64,000 nt of DNA from an uncultured Chloroflexia bacterium. GTDB taxonomy: Bacteria > Chloroflexota > Anaerolineae > CG2-30-64-16. The stretch spans positions 640,001 to 704,000 of the forward strand of contig CAVZDU010000001.1 of assembly GCA_963774265.1 (NCBI GenBank). Direction: 5' to 3'. Shown piece after piece: positions 30,163 through 40,288 of the stretch. The notes beneath the pieces are model-generated. The model was given only the letters and a program-made list of their open reading frames with translations, was not told the DNA's origin and ran no database searches. Both the position numbers and the translations under genes were made by a program. Position 1 is the stretch's first letter. Every line of letters starts with the position of its first letter.

Positions 30163-31179
30163 TCACGACTGCTGATCTGTTTGCCCTTCTGATGCCTCAG
30201 CGGATGGAGGTGGGGGGGACGGCGGAGGAGGCTCGGGTGACTCCGTCGCAGCATCCACTGCAGCACTGATTGCGCGTGCGATCATCTTCACAAAACGGCT
30301 CAGGCTGCGGCCGCCGAATTTGTCGGCCAGATCCGCAGCAACCTCCCGATCCGGGGGCATCTCGCCGTAGCGCTCCTTGAGTCGTTCCCGGTGGTACGCA
30401 ACCCAGAGATATAGGTCCGCTTCCGTTCGTTGAGGAAATCCCTTCAGGCCCCCGCTCTCTTCGATGCCTTGAATGACGGGTAAGTACACAGTGTCGTACC
30501 AACTTGCCGCGGCCTCTGCCAGCGTCGGTTCGCGACCCCATTGCAACCCTAAATAGTAACGGTGGACCTCGATGTGCTCTAGCAGGATGCTGTACCGCCC
30601 CGGCTCCGTGAGCTCGATTTTCTGCTCTGGTCGGGTATCGTCGAGTTGCGTCTGTCTCAAAAACTGCGCATATTCGACCTTGATGATCAGGTTGTCGACA
30701 TCTGTCTCCGGTGTCAGCGGGACTACGATCGGTATTTCCGTCACGCGTGCCTCAATCAAATCCAGTCCATTGGCGTGCGCGACAGACACCCGGTGGTTGC
30801 CATCCCGGACGAAATAGACCTCGCCGATCTGGTACACATCGATCGGCGGCAGGTTGCGTAGTTCGTTCATCGCGACATCAAGACGCTTCCAACGCTCGGC
30901 GTTCGCGCCTTCGAGAGGGAGGAACGCCCGATCGAAATCGTGATAACGGCCAACGCTGCCGATAATGCGCGAAATCTCGATTATCTGGGTGCCCCGATCG
31001 ATCTCGGACCGTCCGCGCATGAGTTCGTGCACCTGATCGAATGACAACAGCGTCTCGTCAGGCTTCTGACTGAACAAACGCAACAAATGCCTGATCAGCG
31101 ACCTTGATTCCGCACGCTGGTATCTTTCAGCCGCGAGCGCCGCTGAGTAAGGCAGTGTACGCGAAAGCTCATCATCCAT
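30163..31179 (-). CDS. ParB/Srx-like N-terminal domain plus DUF4032-like domain protein
   Basis: IIGSVGRYHDFDRAFLP, PPIDVYQIG, DGNHRVSVA, HIEVHRYY and RTEADLYLW motifs. Confidence 0.7.
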   Translation of the reverse strand: MDDELSRTLPYSAALAAERYQRAESRSLIRHLLRLFSQKPDETLLSFDQVHELMRGRSEIDRGTQIIEISRIIGSVGRYHDFDRAFLPLEGANAERWKRLDVAMNELRNLPPIDVYQIGEVYFVRDGNHRVSVAHANGLDLIEARVTEIPIVVPLTPETDVDNLIIKVEYAQFLRQTQLDDTRPEQKIELTEPGRYSILLEHIEVHRYYLGLQWGREPTLAEAAASWYDTVYLPVIQGIEESGGLKGFPQRTEADLYLWVAYHRERLKERYGEMPPDREVAADLADKFGGRSLSRFVKMIARAISAAVDAATESPEPPPPSPPPPSAEASEGQTDQQS

Positions 31180-31215
31180 AATACATGACTCTCTTCCCAA
31201 GTGGGACGGTCTTTT

Positions 31216-31950
31216 CTACAGCCCCAGGTGATGAAGGAAGTAGGGCATCTGTCGCCGCCACCAGGGCCAGTCGTGACTGACATCGTGACCCCACACGTCG
31301 ATCCACAATGGCACACCCTTGGCGTCCAGAATACTCTTCAGCGCACTGGCGTCGGCCAGCATATCTTCATCCCACGGGCCCTGTCCGGCGCAGATGATGA
31401 TATGGCTGCTTCGGTAAAGCTCAAGGAACCACGGGTCGGATAGGTCCCGAAGATAAGAGAGCGGAGTGTTGAAGTAGATGTTTTCGTCCGCCGCATCGCC
31501 GACGAACATGCGCAGTTGCAGGAGCCCACTGAGGCAGATCAGCGTGTCGAAGACGTCGGGATGGCGAAAGAAGAAGTTCGCACAGTGGTAACCGCCCATA
31601 CTGCAGCCGGTGGTGCCGAATCTCCCGTCCCAGCCGCGATTGCGGATGAAGGGTGCTACCTCCTCGACGATGTACCGGTCATAATCGTTATGGCGGCGGG
31701 CACGCTCGCCGGGAGGTGCGTTCCAGTTACACCAGGATTCATTGTCGATGCTGTCGACGGTCACAAGCGTCACGCGGCCGGCATCGATGGATGGCCGGCA
31801 GGCCTCGACCATTCCGAAGTCCTCGTACTCAAAGAACCTGCCACCTTGGGTCGGAAAGACGACGATCGGCTTGCCCCCGTGCCCATAGACTTTCAATTCC
31901 ATGTCGTGACCGAGGCTCGGGCTCCACCACTTGTGGTATTCGATGTTCAT
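31216..31950 (-). CDS. Alpha/beta-hydrolase, putative esterase
   Basis: YGHGGKP, GCSMGG nucleophile motif and HDWPWW. Confidence 0.88.
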   Translation of the reverse strand: MNIEYHKWWSPSLGHDMELKVYGHGGKPIVVFPTQGGRFFEYEDFGMVEACRPSIDAGRVTLVTVDSIDNESWCNWNAPPGERARRHNDYDRYIVEEVAPFIRNRGWDGRFGTTGCSMGGYHCANFFFRHPDVFDTLICLSGLLQLRMFVGDAADENIYFNTPLSYLRDLSDPWFLELYRSSHIIICAGQGPWDEDMLADASALKSILDAKGVPLWIDVWGHDVSHDWPWWRRQMPYFLHHLGL

Positions 31951-33107
31951 GCCGTCTCCAGAATGAAGTGAGCCGCCGCGAGCATTTCGTCGCAGTCGGG
32001 CGTGCGGAGGATGTATGCGTAATCGCCCATCGCCAGGCTGAACACGCCAGGGATGGGTTCATGTTGGATCACCAGCGGATTGAATGCAGCCATGATCTCA
32101 TCGTGGCTGTGGATGTAAGTCTTGTGGAATTTACGGCCCACGTAACAACAGTGGTACTTACGGGAGTAGTGATCGATGAAGCGGTTGTTCATAACGACGT
32201 TGGCCCATCCCCAGTACAGGTCTACATCGCATGCGTAGTTGTACATGTCGAGGATCGGACCGCCCGGCGGCCTGACATTGACCTCCAGCGCGACGAGCTC
32301 ACCATTCGGTTTGCGGAAGAACTCCAGGTGAAAGAAACGCTCTCGTAGGTCAAGCCCCTTGAGGATGCGACGGCCGGCCTCCTCCAGGTCGACCGGGATC
32401 TCGCGGTGCGTGTAGAAGTAGATGTCTTGGTCTTCGTTGACGGTCTCCATAACGCCGCGGCTGTATTGGAGCGAGCCGAAAAAGACGGGATTGCCGTCCT
32501 GGTCGGTCAGGCCGTCGAAGGTGCAGATGATGCCTTGGACGAATTCTTCCAACAGGTACTCGACCGGGGGCTTTGTGGCGAAGAAGCGTTCGAGGTCTGC
32601 CAGGTTGTCAAGGCGGAACGTGTTCGCAGCCCCGACGCCGACGTCGGGTTTAGCAACCACGGGAAAACCCGTCTCTGCGATCAGGGTGCGGGCTTCACCA
32701 AGGTTCTGGCAGATCGCCCCTTTGGCCCTTGGGACGCCCATGCGCTGGTACGCGGCTTTCATCAGCGACTTATGCTTGAACTGCGCCATTTCCGCAAGGC
32801 GCGGTCCCCACACATTGAAGTCTGTGCGGAGACGGCCTTCGGTCTCCATCCAGTACTCCGTGTGGGAATCCAGGCGTGTAATCTTGCCGAAGCGGTGGGT
32901 GAAGTAGCCGCAGGCGCGCAGCAAATCGTCGTAATTGTGCATGTCGCCCACCCGGTAGTAGTCCGCCAGGTGTGCGCGCAGCTCTGGCCGTAGGACATCG
33001 TACGTTTCATCGCCTAATCCCAGCACGTTGGCGCCCAGACGCGCCAGATTCACGCAGAAGAGATAGTAGTTAGGCGGAAAGTTCGGAGACAGGTACACGC
33101 AGTTCAT
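31947..33107 (-). CDS. ATP-grasp domain protein
   Basis: PVVAKPDVGVGA, LEEFV, FFHLEFF and LEVNVRPPGG motifs. Confidence 0.88.
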   Translation of the reverse strand: MNCVYLSPNFPPNYYLFCVNLARLGANVLGLGDETYDVLRPELRAHLADYYRVGDMHNYDDLLRACGYFTHRFGKITRLDSHTEYWMETEGRLRTDFNVWGPRLAEMAQFKHKSLMKAAYQRMGVPRAKGAICQNLGEARTLIAETGFPVVAKPDVGVGAANTFRLDNLADLERFFATKPPVEYLLEEFVQGIICTFDGLTDQDGNPVFFGSLQYSRGVMETVNEDQDIYFYTHREIPVDLEEAGRRILKGLDLRERFFHLEFFRKPNGELVALEVNVRPPGGPILDMYNYACDVDLYWGWANVVMNNRFIDHYSRKYHCCYVGRKFHKTYIHSHDEIMAAFNPLVIQHEPIPGVFSLAMGDYAYILRTPDCDEMLAAAHFILETA

Positions 33108-33224
33108 ATCCCCTCCCGGGGTGCAGCGCGGTCAATCAGTCAGTCGGAGAATGAGAGGATTGTAACGTTCTTGCGTTCTCATGTCAACGCACCTCGTTCG
33201 CTTGAGAGCATGTATAATGGGCCG

Positions 33225-33911
33225 ATGCAGATGACACCATACGACACCACCGATGTGCAAGCTTGGGCCGCCGCGATTTATGACCGGCTTCTCGTCGCCT
33301 ACGGTGAGCCGTCTTGGCGTGCGTTCTATGCGCCGATGGACGAGCTGGTTCTGACGTTCCTGAGCCAGAATACCAGTGATCTGAACTCCGGGCGCGCATT
33401 TCAAGCGTTGAGGACGCGCTTCCCCGATTGGCAGGCGGTGATCGATGCGCCGGTGGAGGAGCTAGCGGAGGCGATCCGTTCGGGAGGCTTGGCGTACCAG
33501 AAGGCCCCGCGCATACAGAAGGCATTGCGACGCATCTTGGAGGAACGCGGGGACTTCAACATCGATTTCCTGGCAGATTTTCCGGTTGCCGAGGCCACAC
33601 GCTGGCTGACGTCATTCGATGGCATCGGGCATAAGACCGCATCGATCGTGATGCTGTTTTGTTTCGGTAAGGCAGCGTTTCCTGTGGACACGCACGTCGG
33701 CCGCGTGACGCGGCGTTTGGGATTAGCTGCACCTAAGGACACGGAGGAGAAGATTAAGGGACTGTGGGAGCGAATGGCGCCCCCCGAGTGGTACTATCCG
33801 CTGCATCTGAACCTGATTCGCCACGGTCGGGAGGTATGTCACGCCTCCCGACCCGAGTGTGGACGCTGTGTGCTGAGTGACCTCTGTCGCTATGAGGCGA
33901 AGAGGGACTGA
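33225..33911 (+). CDS. nth: Endonuclease III family DNA glycosylase
   Basis: LSQNTSD, GIGHKTA, FPVDTHV and C-x6-C-x2-C-x5-C cluster motif; TATAAT 6 nt before the ATG. Confidence 0.9.
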   Translation: MQMTPYDTTDVQAWAAAIYDRLLVAYGEPSWRAFYAPMDELVLTFLSQNTSDLNSGRAFQALRTRFPDWQAVIDAPVEELAEAIRSGGLAYQKAPRIQKALRRILEERGDFNIDFLADFPVAEATRWLTSFDGIGHKTASIVMLFCFGKAAFPVDTHVGRVTRRLGLAAPKDTEEKIKGLWERMAPPEWYYPLHLNLIRHGREVCHASRPECGRCVLSDLCRYEAKRD

Positions 33912-34076
33912 GGAACAATCCTTCCCGGTCGCACAGATATGTCAACAAGAACGAAAAATCGAACCTTTACAGATTCCTGCTTTTGGGGTAAAATCCGCAA
34001 CACGGCGCGAGCCATCCCACTTGCCAGCGGTGTCCTCGCCCCACTGGAAATACACACGAGTGCCAACGGAGACGCC

Positions 34077-35570
34077 ATGCATCGGAACTACATCGCCGGC
34101 CAGTGGGTCCAGGCGGTGTCTGGCGAAACTTTCACGTCAACCAATCCGGCGAACGGACAGTTGATCGGTGAGGCGCCCAAGGGTGGGCGCGAAGATGTGG
34201 AACGAGCGGTTGCGGCGGCGGTGGAAGCATTTCCCAAATGGCGAAAAGTTCCGGCGCCCAAACGTGGGGAGATTCTTTTTCGAGTGGGCCGCCTGTTGGA
34301 AGACAACAAGGAGCGCTTGGCCCAACTCTTGACAAAGGAAATGGGCAAGGTGATCGCCGAAGCGCGCGGCGACGTCCAGGAGGCCATTGACATGGCCTAT
34401 TACATGGGCGGCGAGGGCCGGCGGCTGTTTGGCTACACAGCGCCTGTTGAGCTGCCCAACAAATTCGGAATGGCGCTGCGAGACCCTGTCGGTGTGGTTG
34501 CTGTTGTCACCCCGTGGAACTTTCCCATCGCGATTCCTAGCTGGAAGATCCTGCCCGCGCTGATTGCTGGCAATACAGTTGTTTTTAAACCGGCATCGGA
34601 TACCCCGATCCTGGCGATCGAGTTTGTACGTCTCTTCGAGGAGGCGGGGCTGCCATCTGGCGTGTTGAACATCGTGACCGGCCCCGGGGGTGCGGTCGGA
34701 GAGGCGCTGGTTTCGCACCACGCGGTCAAAGTGGTGTCTTTCACCGGCAGCACCGAAGCGGGCAAGCGCGTGTCTGCACTGGCCGCTCCCACCTTGAAAA
34801 AGGTCTGTTTGGAGCTCGGCGGCAAGAACGCCATCATCGTGATGGACGACGCCAACCTGGATCTGGCTGTGGATGGCATCCTGTGGTCCGCGTTCGGTAC
34901 TGCGGGACAGCGCTGCACTGCCTGCTCGCGGGTCATCGTTCAGAAGGGCGCGCACAAGGCGCTGATCGACCTGTTGGTGGCCCGCACCGAGAAACTCCAG
35001 GTAGGCGATGGTTTGCTGGAGGCCACCGATGTGGGCCCGATCATCAGCCGTCGCGCGCTTGAGGGCATCCACAACTATGTGGAGATCGGCCAGGCCGAAG
35101 GGGCGGTGCGTGTAACCGGCGGCAAGATCCTGGCCGACGGGGAACTGGCCAGGGGTAACTTTTACGCGCCGACGATCTTCGACGATGTGCTGCCAAACAT
35201 GCGGTTAGCCCAGGAAGAGATCTTCGGGCCGGTGCTCAGCGTGATTGAGGCGAAGGACCTGCCCGACGCAATTCGCATCAATAACGAAACGCCGTATGGT
35301 CTATCCAGCTCGATCTTCACCGCCCACGTCAATGCGGCATTCGAAGCTATCCGCGACTTGAGCACGGGGATCGTCTATATCAACGCTGGCACCATCGGTG
35401 CAGAGATCCAATTCCCCTTCGGTGGCACGCGCGGAACCGGCAACGGTCACCGCGAGGCCGGCCAGGCCGCGTTTGAGGTGTTCACCGAGTGGAAGTCAGT
35501 GTACGTCGATTACAGCGGCCGCCTCCAACGGGCGCAGATTGATACGGATAACCTGGTCGATATGGCGTGA
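34077..35570 (+). CDS. Aldehyde dehydrogenase family protein
   Basis: TPWNFP, FTGS, LELGGKN, GQRCT and EEIFGPV motifs. Confidence 0.95.
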   Translation: MHRNYIAGQWVQAVSGETFTSTNPANGQLIGEAPKGGREDVERAVAAAVEAFPKWRKVPAPKRGEILFRVGRLLEDNKERLAQLLTKEMGKVIAEARGDVQEAIDMAYYMGGEGRRLFGYTAPVELPNKFGMALRDPVGVVAVVTPWNFPIAIPSWKILPALIAGNTVVFKPASDTPILAIEFVRLFEEAGLPSGVLNIVTGPGGAVGEALVSHHAVKVVSFTGSTEAGKRVSALAAPTLKKVCLELGGKNAIIVMDDANLDLAVDGILWSAFGTAGQRCTACSRVIVQKGAHKALIDLLVARTEKLQVGDGLLEATDVGPIISRRALEGIHNYVEIGQAEGAVRVTGGKILADGELARGNFYAPTIFDDVLPNMRLAQEEIFGPVLSVIEAKDLPDAIRINNETPYGLSSSIFTAHVNAAFEAIRDLSTGIVYINAGTIGAEIQFPFGGTRGTGNGHREAGQAAFEVFTEWKSVYVDYSGRLQRAQIDTDNLVDMA

Positions 35571-35586
35571 TCTAAGGAGACCATTC

Positions 35587-35808
35587 ATGACTGATGTGCC
35601 GACCCCGACCGTGATGCGTGACGCGGAATACCGCCAGCTCAAGCAGATTACGATTCGGGAAGATGATGACATTGCGAAAGTCAATGAGCTATTGGCTGAT
35701 GGCTGGCGCGTCCTGAGTATAGGGCAACGGAGCGACGCGACAGTGTACGTTTTGGGCCGGACGGAAGAGAAGCAAAGGTCGCGCACGGGATTTTTGCCCG
35801 CCAATTGA
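35587..35808 (+). CDS. Small hypothetical protein (73 aa)
   Basis: AAGGAG RBS; VNELLADGWRV motif. Confidence 0.7.
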   Translation: MTDVPTPTVMRDAEYRQLKQITIREDDDIAKVNELLADGWRVLSIGQRSDATVYVLGRTEEKQRSRTGFLPAN

Positions 35809-35847
35809 CGCTCTCATTACACACTTGCGCCGCGGTGCGGTGAGGAA

Positions 35848-36513
35848 GTGGCTCTTATGAAGATTGATGACGCCGCGATGCGGATAGAAAATGACCTGCC
35901 CGAAGAGCTGAAGAAAAGCGTCTTTTTGACCACGGTCGACAATGTCTACAATTGGGGCCGTGCCCGTTCCATGTGGCCGATGATGTTCGGCCTGGCCTGC
36001 TGCGCCATCGAGATGATCGCAGTGCAGGCCGCGCGCTTCGATCTGAGCCGCTTTGGCATGGAGATCATGCGCGCCTCGCCGCGACAGGCCGACCTGATGA
36101 TTGTCTCCGGCACGGTCACCAAAAAGATGATGCCCAACATCGTGCGCCTCTACAACCAGATGGCCGAGCCCAAATACGTGCTGGCCATGGGCGCATGTGC
36201 GACATCGGGCGGTCCTTTCAAAGAGGGTTACAACGTCGTCTCCGGCGTCGACAAGTTCGTCCCGGTTGACGTTTATGTGCCTGGCTGCCCGCCCACACCC
36301 GAGGCGTTGCTGTATGGGGTCATGCAGGTGCACAAGAAGGTGTTCCGGCAGTCGGTCAAGACGGCGCCCTGGTACCGCAAAGACGAGCTTAACGAGCCAC
36401 TGCCCGTGCCCGTGTTGGGGCCGGATTTGTATAACCCGAAGGACCGCGAGGCGCTGAAGAAGCTGGCCGACCAGCGCACCAGTCCTGTGGACGCGGCCCG
36501 TGAGCAGGCGTGA
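35848..36513 (+). CDS. nuoB: NADH:quinone oxidoreductase subunit B
   Basis: [27 protein letters not shown] and VPGCPPTPE motifs. Confidence 0.95.
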   Translation: MALMKIDDAAMRIENDLPEELKKSVFLTTVDNVYNWGRARSMWPMMFGLACCAIEMIAVQAARFDLSRFGMEIMRASPRQADLMIVSGTVTKKMMPNIVRLYNQMAEPKYVLAMGACATSGGPFKEGYNVVSGVDKFVPVDVYVPGCPPTPEALLYGVMQVHKKVFRQSVKTAPWYRKDELNEPLPVPVLGPDLYNPKDREALKKLADQRTSPVDAAREQA

Positions 36514-36525
36514 GGGAGACGTGTA

Positions 36526-38267
36526 ATGACTGCACCCGTTGAGACCGTGATGCAAACCCTCCCGTACAATGATGCCATCCCTGGCGCGGTCCTGGAACAG
36601 GTCAAGACCGGCCTGGTTGTGGCGCCGGATCGTGTTACGGAGTTGGCGCGTTATCTGCGCGACCAGCAAGGCTATGACTACTGCTCGATGGTGACGAGTG
36701 TTGATTGGCCGCAGTACTTCGAAGTGGTGTATTACCTGTTTGGCGTGGCCCAGCCCAAGGACGCGCTCGTGCTCCGCGTCCGGCTGACCGACAAGGCCAA
36801 CCCCGTCATGCCTTCGCTGACGTCCAATTTGGCCCGGCGCAGACTTCCAGGAACGCGAAGTCTACGACATGATGGGGATTCGCTTCGAGGGACACCCCAA
36901 TCTGCGGCGCATTCTCCTTTGGGACGGGTTTGAAGGCTATCCCCTGCGTAAGGATTACAAGGAATCGTACTACGAGGAGGATTTCAAGCCTTTCAAGAGC
37001 CGGCATCCCGATGGTCACCACGCTTGGGCCGAAGACCGCGTACCCTGGAAAGACAACGTGAGCTATCCGGTAGACTGGGATCCGGATCTGTGGACCTCCC
37101 CCCAGGTGGAATACCGTCGGATCATGGGCGTGGACAAACTCGCCAGGAATGGTGCGGATATCCGCACCGAGCGCATCCTGGTCAATATGGGGCCCCAGCA
37201 CCCCACGACGCATGGCGTGTTCCGTATGATCATCGCGATCGAAGGCGAGAACGTAGTGGGGCTGGAGCCGGAGATAGGCTACCTGCACCGCTGCCACGAG
37301 AAGATCGGCGAGCGCAACACCTACGTCATGAATATCCCCTTTACCGACCGCTTGGATTACATCAGTTCCATGTCCAACAACCTGGGCTACGTGTTGGCGG
37401 TGGAGAAACTGATGGGTCTTCAGGTCCCGGAACGGGCTGAGTATCTCCGCATTATCATGGCGGAGTTCACCCGGATCATCAGCCACTTCATCGCGGTGGG
37501 CTTCCTGTTCAACGATCTGGGCGCGTATTTCACGCCCGCCCTCTATGGTATGCGAGAGCGCGAGCTGATCCTCGACCTCTTCGAGGGGGTCGCGGGCAGC
37601 CGGATGATGTGCAACTACATGCGCTTTGGTGGCGTCGCGGGTGATCTGCCCGAGGGTTGGATCGAGCGTGCGCGCGAACTGGTGTGGAACCGCCTGCCCC
37701 GCGTGATGGGGGACTTCGAGAATCTGCTTTCAGGCAACGAGATCTTCCTGACCCGCACCCGGGGAACTGGCGTGCTCACCAGGGAGGAAGCCATCGCCTA
37801 CAGCATGGCGGGACCGATGTTGCGCGCCTCGGGTGTGCCGTACGATCTTCGTAAGGTTGCGCCATACTCGATCTACGACCGTTTTGAGTTTGATGTGTGT
37901 AGCAGACCAGAGGGCGACGTATGGGCCCGCTTCCGTGTTCGCATGGACGAGATCTACCAGAGTCTGCGCATCCTGAAGCAAGCCATCGAGCAACTGCCCG
38001 AGGGTCCGATCATGCCCCCGGGCAAGAAGCAGCACCAGGTTCGGGTGCCGGCGGGCGAGGCCTACTCGCGCGATCGAAGGACCAAAGGGCGAACTCGGCT
38101 TTTTCGTTGTGTCTGATGGCAAGCCCAACCCATACCGTTACCATGTTCGCGCCCCAACCTTTATCAACTTGACCAGCCTCGAGAAGATGACCATCGGCCA
38201 CAAGATTGCCGACGCCGTGGTGATTCTCGGTGCAATCGACATCGTGCTGGGCGAAGTGGATCGGTAG
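36526..38267 (+). CDS. nuoCD: NADH:quinone oxidoreductase subunit C/D fusion (frameshifts near 36825 and 38070)
   Basis: [35 protein letters not shown] and C-terminal DIVLGEVDR. Confidence 0.9.
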
Positions 38268-38276
38268 GAGGCAACC

Positions 38277-39393
38277 ATGTTTGGATCCGGGGTGCTCAAG
38301 GGCCTGGGCGTCACGCTCAAAGAGTTCTTGGCGACTTATATCGACGACATCAAGCAGATCCCCAGCCGGTATTCTGGCGGCAAGGAAGTGATCGATCAGA
38401 GCAAGGTCGGGGAGCAGGAGGGTCTGTTCACGATCCAGTACCCGGAAGAGCGGCGCAAGTTGCCCGAGCGCTTCCGGTACATCCCCATGCTGCTCTACGA
38501 GACCAACGCTGAGACGGGGGTCAAAGAGGACCGCTGCACCGCGTGCGGCATCTGCGCCAAGGTCTGCCCGCCGCAATGTATCTGGATCGTGCGCGACAAG
38601 GACGAGAACGGCAAACCGATCACTCGGCCGGCTGAATTCTATATTGATTCGTCGATCTGCATGAACTGCGGCCTGTGTGCGGAGTTCTGCCCGTTCGACG
38701 CGATCAAGATGAACCATGACTTCGAGATTGCGGCATATAAACGGATGCCGCATCTGGTCTTCGATCTCGAAGAACTCAGCGTGCCGGTCAGCTACTATGC
38801 CGCGTATCCGGCCTACCGACTACGCAGACGAGGAGGCGGCCCGGAAGGCTAAGGAGAGCGAAAAGGCGGCAGCAAAGCCAGCGAAACCCGCTGCAACAGC
38901 GGCAGCGCCGGCCGCGGTGCGCGAGACGCCCGCTGCTCCGCCCCCCCCTGCGGTCATCGAACTGGTGCCTGCAGCACCTGCCAGGCGGACTCCCGAAGAG
39001 ATCGAGCGCCTGAAGGCCGAGGCTGCGGCCCGACGCGCCGCCAAGGCCGAGGGTGACGAGGCTGCGACAACGGCGGCCGCACCTGCGGCTGCACCTGCAG
39101 CTGCGCCTGCAGGCGAAGCTCCTGCTGGCGTCGGTGGCAAGCGGTCACCTGAAGAGATCGAGCGCTTGAAGGCCGAGGCGGCCGCTCGCCGCGCAGCGAA
39201 GGCCGCTGGCGAAGCACCGCCTGCAGCCGAGACCGCACCTGCGCCTGAACCCGCTGCCCCACCGCCACCATCGCCAACACCGGCAGCCTCAGCGGGCCGC
39301 AACCGTTCACCCGAGGAAATCGAGCGGTTGAAAGCCGAAGCGGCCGCACGGCACGCGGCCAAGGCTGCCCAGGGCGGTGATGAACAGAAGTAG
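38277..39393 (+). CDS. nuoI: NADH:quinone oxidoreductase subunit I with a long Ala/Pro-rich repetitive C-terminus (frameshift near 38800)
   Basis: TIQYPEE and two CxxCxxCxxxCP motifs; three R[ST][14 protein letters not shown][RH]AAKA repeats. Confidence 0.85.
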
Positions 39394-39434
39394 TCTGGGC
39401 GAGAGCCCATGACGGTTGGATAAGGAGTGATTGG

Positions 39435-39902
39435 ATGGCAACTGCCGCACTGATCATCGCAATTTTGGCGCTGCTCGTCGCCTTTCTTGCCTTTCAGCGG
39501 GTCCGTGGCCTGCAGGAACGGCTAGAGCGCACGACGAGCCAGCTTTTTGAGTTACGAAATACCGTCAGCGCCACAAGTGAAGCGCTGGAGAGCCGCCTGA
39601 CCGATGTGCGTCTGGGCTTGCGCCGTCAGAGCGGCGAAACGATCTTCAACCCCGCGATGACGATCGCTGAAGCGATGAGTGTGCATCCGCGCGTCTCTGA
39701 GGTATTGGCGAGTTTCCAGCTGGGCGGCTGCTCGCATTGCGCTGTGAGCGACGTGGATACCATCCAGGGCGCGTGCCAGACATACGGCATCGACCAGGCC
39801 GCGTTGATGGACGCCCTTAACGGACTGGTATTAGGCAGCAGTGGCGGCGCGGCCGGACCCGCGGGTAGTGGCAAGATTTCAAATGTGAAGGTGAGTTTCT
39901 AA
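39435..39902 (+). CDS. Membrane-anchored coiled-coil protein with a DUF1858-like C-terminal domain
   Basis: N-terminal TM; [11 protein letters not shown]...GGCSHC...ACQTYGID. Confidence 0.7.
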   Translation: MATAALIIAILALLVAFLAFQRVRGLQERLERTTSQLFELRNTVSATSEALESRLTDVRLGLRRQSGETIFNPAMTIAEAMSVHPRVSEVLASFQLGGCSHCAVSDVDTIQGACQTYGIDQAALMDALNGLVLGSSGGAAGPAGSGKISNVKVSF

Positions 39903-39908
39903 GATTCG

Positions 39909-40280
39909 ATGTATCCAAAAGCAGAGCTTCTATTCCCACCAAGGCTGATCCCAGTCCTGAAGAACCTGCGCGGTCCGGAGTGGGCCGCGCTCGTCGATCG
40001 CGTGGCGAAACTACCGGAGACGGAACCGGACAGCCTGGCGTTTTCACTGATGATGATCCGCCTTGATGGCTGCGTGAAATGCCATGAGGGCAGCTTCAAG
40101 TACATGCGCGGTTGCCACCTGTGTGCGACGCAAACGGTCATGCAGTTCAAAGGGACCGACAATGACCTGGTTCTGCTCTATCTCAAAGCCCGGCGCGACA
40201 TCGATTCGTATCTTTCGGGTGAGCCGGTTATGGAAGACGACGTGCCAGAGGTGCTGACCGAAGAACCCGATCAGATATAG
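39909..40280 (+). CDS. Hypothetical protein with two CxxC motifs
   Basis: GCVKC and GCHLC. Confidence 0.75.
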   Translation: MYPKAELLFPPRLIPVLKNLRGPEWAALVDRVAKLPETEPDSLAFSLMMIRLDGCVKCHEGSFKYMRGCHLCATQTVMQFKGTDNDLVLLYLKARRDIDSYLSGEPVMEDDVPEVLTEEPDQI

Positions 40281-40288
40281 GACGCATC

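Noticed and set aside
36526-38267. Group 4 [NiFe]-hydrogenase large subunit
   Set aside because: There are no Ni-binding CxxC motifs; DRLDY and the GEVDR ending are NuoD-type.
39909-40280. c-type cytochrome suggested by CVKCH
   Set aside because: There is no signal peptide, and a second CxxC suggests a four-Cys metal site instead.
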